Source: Spirochaetia bacterium
Lineage (GTDB): Bacteria > Spirochaetota > Spirochaetia > SZUA-6 > Bin103
NCBI GenBank assembly: GCA_965203055.1
Contig: OZ241863.1
Span: 608,001 to 672,000, forward strand
Direction: 5' to 3'
Length of the DNA: 64,000 bases
In this document: positions 48,254 through 57,287 of the stretch, in pieces
Position numbering within the stretch: the stretch's first letter is position 1
Layout of the letters: the number at the start of each line of letters is the position of its first letter
Notes under the pieces: model-generated
The model's database searches: none
What the model saw: the letters and a program-made list of their open reading frames with translations, nothing else
What the model was told of the DNA's origin: nothing
Translations under genes and position numbers: made by a program

Positions 48254-51200
48254 CGACCCTGTCAGCGGACCTGCGCCGGCGGCTGGAGCGCACCGTCATG
48301 CAAGCGCGCGACGTCGCCGAGACCGGCGCCCGGACGGCGCTGGAGGCGCTCGCCGTTGCCGAAGCCCAGCCCTACGAGCACATGGACGGCGCGCAGCGCG
48401 CCCTGCGCCTGCGGCTGCGCGCCCACGCCCGGCAGCTCGGCGACCGGCTCGGCGCCGATCCGGGAGCGCAGTCGATCGATCACGTGGTCTACGAGTGCGC
48501 CTTTGAGCACTGGCACGGCATGCTGTTCGCCCGCTTCCTGGCCGAGAACCACCTGCTGATCGAGCCGGAACTGGGCATCGCGGTCACCCTGGCGGAATGC
48601 GCGGAACTGGCGCAGGAGGAGGACGCCGACCAATGGACGCTGGCCGCGCGCTTCGCCCAGCGCATGCTGCCGCAGGTGTTCCGGCCTGACCACCCGGCCT
48701 GCGCGGTTCGCCTCGCCCGCGAACACCGGCTGGCGTTGGAGCGGTTGGTCGAGAGCCTGCCGGCCGAGGTGTTCGCGGCAGACGACTCGCTCGGCTGGGT
48801 TTATCAGTTCTGGCAGTCAGGCCGCAAGGCCGAGGTGAACCGCTCCGAGGTCAAGATCGGCGCGAAAGAGATGCCCGCAGTGACGCAACTGTTCACCGAG
48901 CCCTACATGGTGAGCTTCCTGCTGGACAACTCCCTGGGGGCGTGGTGGGCGGCGCGCCGCCTGCCCGACCTGAACGAGGCCGCGCTGACCGACGCCGGCA
49001 CGGAATCGGAACTGCGCCGAGCGGTGGCGCTGCCCGGGGTGCCGCTCGACTATCTGCGCTTCGTGCGCCACGACGAAGGAGAAGGAACCGGGCCTGCGCG
49101 GTGGCGTCCCGCAGCCGGCGCGTTCGACGGCTGGCCGGAGCAGCTCGGCGAGCTGAAGGTCCTGGACCCCTGCTGCGGTTCGGGTCACTTCCTGGTCGCC
49201 GCCCTGGCGATGCTGGTGCCGATGCGCATGGAGAGCGAGGGGCTGACCGAGCGCGCGGCCGTGGACGCGGTGCTGCGCGACAACCTGCACGGCCTGGAAC
49301 TGGACCCGCGCTGCGTGGAGCTGGCCGCGTTCGCCCTGGCGCTGGCCGCTTGGCGCTGGCCCGGCGCCGGCGGCTATCGGCCGCTGCCGACGCTGAACGT
49401 GGCCTGCTCCGGGCTCGCGCCCAACGCGGCCAAGGAGGAGTGGATCACGTTGGCGGAGCAGGCCGCCGGCGGCGATACCCGGCTTTCGGAGCAGCTTCGC
49501 GGCAGCCTGGACGCGCTGCACGATCTGTTTCGGCAGGCGCCGCTGCTGGGCTCGCTGATCGACCCGCGGACGCTGAAGCGGGAGCTGTTTCAGGGTGACT
49601 ACGAGTCGGTGCAGGCGCTGTTCGCCGCCGCGGCCGCATCGGAGCGCGCCACCTTCGAGCAGACCGAGCGCGCGGTAGCGGCGCAGGGAATCGCGCGCGC
49701 CGCCGAGTTGCTGGCCGGCCGCTATCACCTCGTGATCACCAACGTTCCCTACCTCACGCGCCGCAAGCAGAACGAAGATCTGCGCGCCTTCTGCGAAGCC
49801 CGCTACCCGGCCGCTAAGAACGATCTGGCCACCGTATACCTGGAACGTGCCTTGAGCCTGTGCGAAGAAGACGGAACTGCCAGCTTGGTGCTGCCGCAGA
49901 ACTGGCTGTTTCTCACTAGCTACCGGAAGCTCCGAACGAGGTTGTTGAAGACGGAGACGTGGCAGTTGCTGGCGCGCCTCGGTACAAGGTCTTTTCGGAC
50001 TCCGATGTACGATTTCAACATTCAGTTGATAACCATCACTAAGGGGCAAGGTGCCGAGGGAACCGACCTGACGTATAGCCTTGATGTTTCCGCTTTCCAC
50101 ACTGATGTCGAGAAGTCGGCACGGTTGTCGGTGGTTACGGTAACCGGGGCTCCGCAGCAGGAATACCTTGCGAATCCAAAGGCAGTCATTTCGTCTGGCC
50201 GTCCTCCGGCAGGCGGAATGCGGTTGGCAGACGTCGCTGACTTCGGCAAGGGCAGTACTACCGGTGACGCTCCGAGATTCCTGTCCTGCTTCTGGGAGTT
50301 TCCGGAAGTCGCGTCCCATCACGTCTTGTGGCTCAACTCGCCAAGTGAGCATGCATGGTCCGGAAGGACGCAGATTTGCAAGGTGCCATTGAACCACGAC
50401 GACCTGAGCGTCCAGCGAGGTTGCTGGATACGGGGACAGGGTGTCTTTGGCCGCGCCGGAGTCGCAGTCAACAAGATGCAGCGGCTGGAACCGTTTCTCT
50501 ACGCCGGGGAAGTGTTCGATGACAACGTATGCCCGATCGCGCCGAAAGATGCCGGTCTGATCCCGGCCGTATGGTCATACGTCCAATCGGCCCACTATCA
50601 CGACGACGTACGGTCCGTTGACCAGGCGCTGAAGGTTACGGCCGGAACGCTGACGGCCGTTCCCTTCGACCCGGACCACTGGACCGAGGTCGCTGCCGAA
50701 CAATATCCCAACGGCCTCCCGCTCCCCTACACCGACGACCCCACGCAATGGATATTCCACGGCCATCCGTGCGGGTCGGTCGTCTGGGACGAAACTATCA
50801 AGCGCACCGCCAACGGACCGTTCCGACAGGATGCCGGCGTGCTGCAGGTCGCCGTCGCCCGTCTGCTCGGCTACCGCTGGCCGGCGGAACGGGACGATGC
50901 CATGGAACTGGCCGCCGAACAGCGCGCCTGGGTCCGCCGCTGCGCCGCGCTGCACCACTTCGCCGACCAGGACGGCATCGTCTGCCTGCCGGCGGTGCGC
51001 GGCGAACTGCCCGCTGCCGACCGCCTGCTGCGCCTGCTGGCCGCCGCCTTCGGCGAAGCGTGGAGCGACGCTACCCTCCCGCGCCTGCTCGCCGCTGCCG
51101 GCAGCCCCAGCCTCGACGACTGGCTGCGCAACCGCTTCTTCGAGCAGCACTGCAAGCGTTTTCATCACCGCCCGTTCATCTGGCACGTCTGGGACGGCCG

Positions 51201-51750
51201 CCGCGACGGCTTTCACGCCCTGGTCAACTACCACAAGCTGGCAGCCGGGGGACGGCAAGGCCGGCAGCTCCTCGAATCCCTCACCTACAGCTACCTGGGC
51301 GACTGGATCACCCGCCGGAAAGACGGCGTGGAACGCGGCGCCGCCGGCGCCGAGGAGCGGCTTGCCGCCGCCTTTGCACTGCAGCGGCGCCTCGCCGCGA
51401 TCCTCGACGGCGAACCGCCGTTCGACCTGTTCATCCGCTGGAAGCCGCTCGCCGAACAGCCGCTCGGCTGGCACCCCGACGTCAACGACGGCGTGCGGCT
51501 CAACATCCGTCCCTTCATGGCCGCCGATCTCGCCGGCGGCAAGAAGGGCGCCGGCATCCTGCGCGCCAAGCCGAACGTCCACTGGCGCAAGGACCGCGGC
51601 AAGGAACCCCGCGCCCTGGCCGACGCCTGCGAGCTGCGCCCCAAGGAGGACTACCCGTGGTTCTGGCGCGGCGACCAGTTCACCGGCGACCGGGTAAACG
51701 ACCTCCATCTGACCCGCGCCGCAAAATCAGAGCATCGTCGTCAGATTTAG
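48250..51750 (+). CDS. N6-adenine DNA methyltransferase, BREX PglX-like / type IIG-like
   Basis: WH.MLFARFLAEN, TQLFTEPYMV.FLLDNSLG, motif I VLDPCCGSGHFL, motif IV ITNVPY, C-terminal RPFIWH and NDGVRLNIRPF. Confidence 0.85.
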   Translation: MTTLSADLRRRLERTVMQARDVAETGARTALEALAVAEAQPYEHMDGAQRALRLRLRAHARQLGDRLGADPGAQSIDHVVYECAFEHWHGMLFARFLAENHLLIEPELGIAVTLAECAELAQEEDADQWTLAARFAQRMLPQVFRPDHPACAVRLAREHRLALERLVESLPAEVFAADDSLGWVYQFWQSGRKAEVNRSEVKIGAKEMPAVTQLFTEPYMVSFLLDNSLGAWWAARRLPDLNEAALTDAGTESELRRAVALPGVPLDYLRFVRHDEGEGTGPARWRPAAGAFDGWPEQLGELKVLDPCCGSGHFLVAALAMLVPMRMESEGLTERAAVDAVLRDNLHGLELDPRCVELAAFALALAAWRWPGAGGYRPLPTLNVACSGLAPNAAKEEWITLAEQAAGGDTRLSEQLRGSLDALHDLFRQAPLLGSLIDPRTLKRELFQGDYESVQALFAAAAASERATFEQTERAVAAQGIARAAELLAGRYHLVITNVPYLTRRKQNEDLRAFCEARYPAAKNDLATVYLERALSLCEEDGTASLVLPQNWLFLTSYRKLRTRLLKTETWQLLARLGTRSFRTPMYDFNIQLITITKGQGAEGTDLTYSLDVSAFHTDVEKSARLSVVTVTGAPQQEYLANPKAVISSGRPPAGGMRLADVADFGKGSTTGDAPRFLSCFWEFPEVASHHVLWLNSPSEHAWSGRTQICKVPLNHDDLSVQRGCWIRGQGVFGRAGVAVNKMQRLEPFLYAGEVFDDNVCPIAPKDAGLIPAVWSYVQSAHYHDDVRSVDQALKVTAGTLTAVPFDPDHWTEVAAEQYPNGLPLPYTDDPTQWIFHGHPCGSVVWDETIKRTANGPFRQDAGVLQVAVARLLGYRWPAERDDAMELAAEQRAWVRRCAALHHFADQDGIVCLPAVRGELPAADRLLRLLAAAFGEAWSDATLPRLLAAAGSPSLDDWLRNRFFEQHCKRFHHRPFIWHVWDGRRDGFHALVNYHKLAAGGRQGRQLLESLTYSYLGDWITRRKDGVERGAAGAEERLAAAFALQRRLAAILDGEPPFDLFIRWKPLAEQPLGWHPDVNDGVRLNIRPFMAADLAGGKKGAGILRAKPNVHWRKDRGKEPRALADACELRPKEDYPWFWRGDQFTGDRVNDLHLTRAAKSEHRRQI

Positions 51751-51878
51751 TGGAGTTGAGTTGACGACCGAAGTATCGGCCGCAATACTACACCAAGCAC
51801 GGCATCGCTGCTCGACGAGAGTGTCGCGTGGGCTGCATGACGTGCACTGACAGTACCTCTGACAGGGAGGAATCAGTC

Positions 51879-52387
51879 ATGGTGTCAAACGTGAATCGTC
51901 GGCAGGTCTGGAATCAACTTCAGGAGTCTGTCAGGCACTCGCGGTACTTCGCCCGGTTGACGAGCAACATGAACAAATACCATAGGGTAAGACTGGTTCT
52001 GCTCGCAGTAATCTGGGGGGTAAGCGGCGGTAGCTTCGGTGTTCCGAATCTTCCGCTGTATGTCAGCATCGGCATAGGGTAGTAACTGGAGTGTTTTCCG
52101 TATGGATGCTGCTGGAGGATCACTCGCAGAAGCTTGCGACCGTAAAGTTCGTATCCAGAAGATTGCAGAAGATTGAAGGCTGCGTTCGTGATTGCTGGAT
52201 TTGTATAGAAGACGGACGAATCGACAACGATTCCGCTTACCGGAGACGGAAGGACGTTGAGCGGGCCATCAACGATGCCGTTGAGGACTGGAAAGCTTCA
52301 GGAATGTCTATCAATGACAAGCTGAACGAGAAAAGCGAGGAGGAGTCGGTACGCTTGGTGCAAGAGGAGTTCTCCCATGCAGCGTGA
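51879..52387 (+). pseudogene. SLATT-like 2TM protein with a single frameshift near 52079
   Basis: GGAGG RBS and ATG 51879. Adding one G in GGG(52077-79) fuses ORFs 51828..52082 and 52091..52387 into a helix-TM-TM-helical-tail protein. Confidence 0.6.
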
Positions 52388-52520
52388 AAGTCCAACCGCC
52401 GAGGAACGTGGTCTGCCAAGACCGGGGAAGACACCGCTGGCACCGCCGCCGCCGCGACCGTCGCCACCCACTCCCAGTCCTGATCGTCCTTCGCCGCCAC
52501 CCGCAGAGAAACAGAAATGA
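52377..52520 (+). CDS. 47-aa proline-rich microprotein
   Basis: GAGGAG 7 nt before ATG; overlaps the upstream stop; MQRESPTAEERGLPRPGKTPLAPPPPRPSPPTPSPDRPSPPPAEKQK. Confidence 0.55.
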   Translation: MQRESPTAEERGLPRPGKTPLAPPPPRPSPPTPSPDRPSPPPAEKQK

Positions 52521-52752
52521 TGAGAGAGACGGACTATTCGGAGCCGCTATGACTTGGTTCATTCACAAGCGCCCAATGTCACATAAGAGAATGCAGTCGA
52601 TTGGCATGAAACAAAGTGGCTGACTCGACAGTCAACGAGGTCAAGGCACTGGATGTTCATCAATGTCTATTCAAGACCCTTGATCTGCCGGGGCGCCGAA
52701 AGGATGCTTGTCTACCTTGGCGGTGTTATCAAGACGCGATATCCTGGTACCG

Positions 52753-53031
52753 GTGCGTCGGTTCAGAGACGAGCAGACCAAGCGCGTCTTCCTGGGTCTT
52801 CCCGTACGCCGCCTGCCGGCGGATATTCAGCGGCGAGCTCGCGTTCGTCTGCAGCGTGTCGTCACGGCAGCGGCGTTGTATGACCTGCGACTGCCGCCGT
52901 CACATCGACTGGAAGCGTTGCGCGGTGATCGGAGGGGAGAGTTCAGCATCCGTATCAATCATCAGTGGCGGGTGTGCTTCGTCTGGACCGATCAAGGCGC
53001 GACGGATATCGAAGTCACCGACTATCATTGA
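52753..53031 (+). CDS. higB: HigB-family toxin (RelE/ParE fold)
   Basis: FRDEQT..., DLRLPPSHRLEALRGDRRGEFSIRINHQWRVCF.W...EVTDYH. GTG start 7 nt after TATCCT (TTGGCG-17-TATCCT). Confidence 0.92.
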   Translation: MRRFRDEQTKRVFLGLPVRRLPADIQRRARVRLQRVVTAAALYDLRLPPSHRLEALRGDRRGEFSIRINHQWRVCFVWTDQGATDIEVTDYH

Positions 53032-53046
53032 GGTAGAGAAGCAGGA

Positions 53047-53340
53047 ATGACGATGGCAAGCGTCGTACCGATCCATCCCGGTGAACACTTGGCGGAAATC
53101 CTCGACGAATTGGGCGTGAGCGGGTACCACTTGGCAAGTGCGATCGGTACGCCGCCGAGCCGCATCCAAGAAATCCTCCACGGCCGCCGTGCCATCACGG
53201 CGGAAATTGCGCTGCGCATTGGACGAGCTCTCGGCATGACTCCCGAGTCCTGGTTGAACCTGCAAGCGCTGTATGACCTCGACGTCGCACGAGCTGCCGT
53301 CGACGTCGACGCCATCGAACCTCTGGTCGTGGCAGGTTGA
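53047..53340 (+). CDS. higA: HigA-family antitoxin
   Basis: PIHPGEHL, HTH, RRAITAEIALR and ESWLNLQALYDL motifs. Confidence 0.93.
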   Translation: MTMASVVPIHPGEHLAEILDELGVSGYHLASAIGTPPSRIQEILHGRRAITAEIALRIGRALGMTPESWLNLQALYDLDVARAAVDVDAIEPLVVAG

Positions 53341-53401
53341 GGACGTGGGGCGCCAAGCGCCCGTAGCGTCCAATGGGCATTACGGAAGTGGCTGGTAGCA
53401 G

Positions 53402-54349
53402 GTGACGTCGTTGAGCGTCAGGCTGGGGCCGTTGCGGTTGGCCAATCCGGTGTTGGTGGCGTCCGGCACCTTCGGCTACGCCAGCGAGTTGGCGGGCCTG
53501 GTCGATCTGCCGCGGCTGGGCGGGATCGTCACCAAGACCGTGACCCTGAAGCCGCGCCCGGGCAACCCGCCGCCGCGCATCGTCGAGACTCCGGCCGGGA
53601 TGCTCAACGCCATCGGCCTGCAGAACGTGGGCCTCGAGCGATTCATGGCCGACAAGCTGCCATACCTGGCGGCTCTGGATCCGGTCGTGCTGGTGTCGAT
53701 CATGGGCTATACGACGGCGGAATTCGTGGCCCTGGCCGAACGCCTGGACGGTGCCGGCGGCGTGGACGGGTTGGAGTTGAACCTCTCCTGTCCCAACGTC
53801 GCCTACGGCGCCGGGGCCGGCGCGCGCCTGTTCGCCCACGATGCGGAGCTCACCGCGGAAGTGGTGCGGGCGGTGCGCGCGGTCACTACCTTGCCGATCG
53901 TCGCCAAGCTGGGTCCCGACGTGGCCGACATCGCCGCCATCGGGCGGGCTGCCGAGGCTGCCGGAGCGGACGCTCTGACGGTGATGAACACGATTCCCGG
54001 TATGGTGATCGACCTGGAGCGGCGCCGCCCGGCGCTGGCCAACGTCACCGGCGGGCTTTCCGGCCCTGCGGTCCGCCCGATCGCGGTGCGGCTCACGTAC
54101 CAACTGGCCGGCGCGGTCGGCATTCCGGTCGTGGGCGCCGGCGGCATCATGGATCACCGCGACGCGCTGCAGTTCCTCCTGGCCGGCGCTTGCGCGGTGC
54201 AGGTCGGCACTGCCACCTTCACCAATCCGCGCGCCGCGCTGGAGGTGCTTGACGGCTTGACGAGCCACCTCGATGCTGCCGGCGTGGCCCGGCTCACCGA
54301 CCTGATCGGAGCTGCCCAGCCGCCGCCCGCCAAGGATCGACCGCAATGA
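53402..54349 (+). CDS. pyrD: Dihydroorotate dehydrogenase (class 1, catalytic subunit)
   Basis: ASGTFGY, MLNAIGLQN.G, ELNLSCPN, GGLSGPAV.P and AVQVGTA motifs. Confidence 0.94.
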   Translation: MTSLSVRLGPLRLANPVLVASGTFGYASELAGLVDLPRLGGIVTKTVTLKPRPGNPPPRIVETPAGMLNAIGLQNVGLERFMADKLPYLAALDPVVLVSIMGYTTAEFVALAERLDGAGGVDGLELNLSCPNVAYGAGAGARLFAHDAELTAEVVRAVRAVTTLPIVAKLGPDVADIAAIGRAAEAAGADALTVMNTIPGMVIDLERRRPALANVTGGLSGPAVRPIAVRLTYQLAGAVGIPVVGAGGIMDHRDALQFLLAGACAVQVGTATFTNPRAALEVLDGLTSHLDAAGVARLTDLIGAAQPPPAKDRPQ

Positions 54350-54442
54350 ATGACGCCCCGGAGGCGCCGCCCGAGGTTGCCGGGGACAAGCGATCCAATC
54401 TGTGAGACTATAGGAGCAGCCCCGGCATCCGGTCGAAGCACC

Positions 54443-55315
54443 ATGTTGGTTACCCGTATCGCTCTCGAAAACTGGCGGAATTTCACGCGTATCGACGTGC
54501 CGCTGCAACAAAGGGTCTTCATCGCCGGCCCGAACGCGGCGGGAAAATCCAACCTGCTCGATGCGTTCCGCTTTCTGCGCGACATCACTACTCCGGGCGG
54601 CGGTCTGGAGAAGGCGGTTGCCGACCGTGGAGGTATCTCGAAGATCCGTTGCCTTGCCGCGCGGCGCTATCCCGCGGTCGTACTCGACGTTCAGCTTGGC
54701 GATCCTTCCAGCACGGTGGAGTGGCGTTACCGCCTCAGCATCGTCCAGGACAATCAGCGCCAGCCGCGGATCAAGGAGGAGCTGGTCGAACGCGAGAAGC
54801 AGGAGGTGCTCCGACGACCGGACTCCGACGATGAGAACGACTCTGAACGTCTACGGCAGACCCACCTGGAGGGAATCAGCACCAACAAGACTTTCCGCGA
54901 AGTCTACCGGTTCTTCAACTCGATCCGGTATCTTCACGTGCTTCCACCACTCGTTCGGCAGCCGAAACGGTTCACCGGCCGAGACTTGAGCGGGGAGACA
55001 TTCGGCAGCGACTTCCTGGAACAAATCGCGCTTAGCGCGCCGAAGATTCGGCAGTCGCGGCTGCGACGAATCGAGAACGCGCTCCGCATCGCCGTACCGC
55101 AACTGCGAGAATTGCAACTGCAGACGGACGAAATCGGGATTCCGCACCTGGAAGGACGCTATGAGCACTGGCGCCCGAATGCGGGCTGGCAGCGAGAAGA
55201 CCAGTTCTCGGACGGCACGCTGCGACTCATGGCCCTGTTGTGGTCAGTGATGGACGGAGCCGGCCCCTTGGTGATCGAGGAACCGGAGCTGAACCTCCAC
55301 CCAGTTAACCCTTGA
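54443..55315 (+). pseudogene. C-terminally truncated ABC-type ATPase (AAA_21/SMC-like)
   Basis: LENWRNF, GPNAAGKSNLLDAFRF, FSDGTLR, IEEPELNLHP, then it ends; no H-loop. Confidence 0.75.
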
Positions 55316-56186
55316 CGCTGCCGAGTATTGCGCCTTTGACGAAGTAGCGCTGGATGAACGGGTACACGCACAGGATCGGGGTCACCGTTACGACGATCAT
55401 CGCCGTCTTCAGGCTCTGCGTCGGCGGGAGCTGATCGATCGGAACCGCCTCGGTATCCTCGATCATTCCGGCGACGAGGATGTTGCGCAGGATCACCTGC
55501 AGCGGCAGCTTGGCGGTGTCGTTGATGTACAGGAAGGCGTTGAACCACTCGTTCCAGTGCCACACCGCGTAGAACAGCCCGATGGTCGCGATCGACGCCG
55601 TGGACAGCGGCAGCACGATCTTCACCAGGGCCTGCAGCGGCGTGGCGCCGTCGATGATCGCCGCTTCCTCCAGGCTTTCCGGCAGCGCCATGAAGAAGTT
55701 GCGCATGATCAGCAGGTTCCAGGGACTGACCAGAAAGGGAATCACCATCGCCCAGAAGGTGTTGGTCAGGCCGATGCGGTCCACCAGGAAGTAGGTCGGG
55801 ATCAGCCCGCCGCTGAAGATCATGGTCACGAACACGAACAGGGTCATGCCCACCCGTCCCGGCAGGCCGCGGCGGCCAAGCACGTAGGCCAGCGTCGCGG
55901 TGAAGAACAGGTTGAGCGTGGTGCCCACCAGAATGCGCGCCAGGCTGTAGAAGAAGCCGGTCGCCAGCCGCGAGCCGCCGGTGAACAGCAGGTGGTAGGC
56001 GCCGAACTCGATCCGCTGCGGAAACAGGATGAACGCCCCGCGCCGCGCCCATTCCTCCACGCCGATCAGCGAGGTGCTGATGATCGACAGGAACGGAATG
56101 ACGAAGGTGAGCGACAGAATGCTCAGAAAGGCGATGTTGAACACGCCGAACACCGCCTCGCCGCGGCTGCGCTGCAGGTGTTGCAC
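55305..56186 (-). CDS. Carbohydrate ABC transporter permease
   Basis: FSGGLIPTY, LEEAAIIDGA, AVWHWNEWF and YPFIQRYFVKG motifs. Confidence 0.93.
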   Translation of the reverse strand: MQHLQRSRGEAVFGVFNIAFLSILSLTFVIPFLSIISTSLIGVEEWARRGAFILFPQRIEFGAYHLLFTGGSRLATGFFYSLARILVGTTLNLFFTATLAYVLGRRGLPGRVGMTLFVFVTMIFSGGLIPTYFLVDRIGLTNTFWAMVIPFLVSPWNLLIMRNFFMALPESLEEAAIIDGATPLQALVKIVLPLSTASIATIGLFYAVWHWNEWFNAFLYINDTAKLPLQVILRNILVAGMIEDTEAVPIDQLPPTQSLKTAMIVVTVTPILCVYPFIQRYFVKGAILGSVKG

Positions 56187-56188
56187 GC

Positions 56189-57163
56189 CTACCAGATCCC
56201 GGTATGGCCGAGGCGTTTGGCCAATACGTTGCCGCCGAGCAGCAGCGCGGCGGCGAGAATCGCCTTGAACAGACCGACCGCGGCGGCGAACGAATACTTC
56301 AGGCTTTGGATTCCCGAGCGGTACACGTAGGTGTCGAGGATGTCGGCGACCTCATACACCGGCGGCGAGTAGAGCAGCAGAATCTGCTCGAACCCGGCAT
56401 TCAGCAGCCCGCCGACCCGGAAGATCAACAGAATGACGACCACGAAGGTGATTCCCGGCAGCGTGATGTGCCAGGTCTGCCGCCCCTTGCCGGCGCCGTC
56501 GATCACCGCCGCCTCGTAGAGCTGCGGGTCGATGTTGGAGATTGCCGCCAGATACAGAATGGTGCCCCAGCCCACCTCCTGCCACAGCGTGGTGAGCACC
56601 AGCACCCCGCGGAACTTGCGCAGGTCGCCCAGGAACATCGTCGGCTCGCCCCCGAACAGGACGATGATCTGATTGATCAGCCCGCCTTCGGTGGTCAGCA
56701 GACTCGTTACGATGCCGGCCACCACCACCATCGAGAAGAAGTGCGGGACGTAGCACACCGTCTGGATGGTGCGCTTGAGGCGCGTGAAGCGGACCTCGTT
56801 GATCAGCAGCGCCAGCGCGATCTCCGCCGGGAACACGCACACCAGCTTCAGGAAGCTGATCCAGACGGTGTTGCTCAGGATCTGCCAGAAGTAATAGGAC
56901 TCGAAGAGTTGCCGGAACCACTTGAGGCCGACGAACGGCTTGGTGACCACGTCGGCGGCGCTGCTGAACGGGCTGATGTCCTTGAAGGCGATGACGATGC
57001 CGTAGATCGGCAGGTAGTGGAAGATCAGGAAATAGAGCAGCCCCGGCAGCGCCAGCACGTAGTAGAGCCGGTACTTGCGCAGGGTGGTGAGCAGCGACCG
57101 GCGCGGCGTGCGCGCCGCGCCGGCAACCCGGCCGGACGCAACGGGGAGCGCGCGGTCTGCCAT
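56189..57163 (-). CDS. Carbohydrate ABC transporter permease (LplB-like)
   Basis: YGIVIAFKD, FVGLKWF, GWGTILYLAAI.NIDPQLYEAAVIDGA and DILDTYVY motifs. Confidence 0.93.
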   Translation of the reverse strand: MADRALPVASGRVAGAARTPRRSLLTTLRKYRLYYVLALPGLLYFLIFHYLPIYGIVIAFKDISPFSSAADVVTKPFVGLKWFRQLFESYYFWQILSNTVWISFLKLVCVFPAEIALALLINEVRFTRLKRTIQTVCYVPHFFSMVVVAGIVTSLLTTEGGLINQIIVLFGGEPTMFLGDLRKFRGVLVLTTLWQEVGWGTILYLAAISNIDPQLYEAAVIDGAGKGRQTWHITLPGITFVVVILLIFRVGGLLNAGFEQILLLYSPPVYEVADILDTYVYRSGIQSLKYSFAAAVGLFKAILAAALLLGGNVLAKRLGHTGIW

Positions 57164-57287
57164 GTCAGTCAAGGCCTCGCACCGGGCGCCGGACGGCCGG
57201 GAAGCGGCGCAGCCGCGGCTCAGGGGCCGCGGCCGCGCCGGGGCGGTCAAGGGTCAACCGCCTCTCCCGATCCGATCGCGCGTCCGG

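Noticed and set aside
48250..51750. Complete BREX system
   Set aside because: Only the PglX-like gene is present; no brxC, pglZ or brxL in the window
52384..53050. ORFs 52384..52623 and 52616..53050
   Set aside because: No RBS or motifs; they overlap the better-supported microprotein and higB
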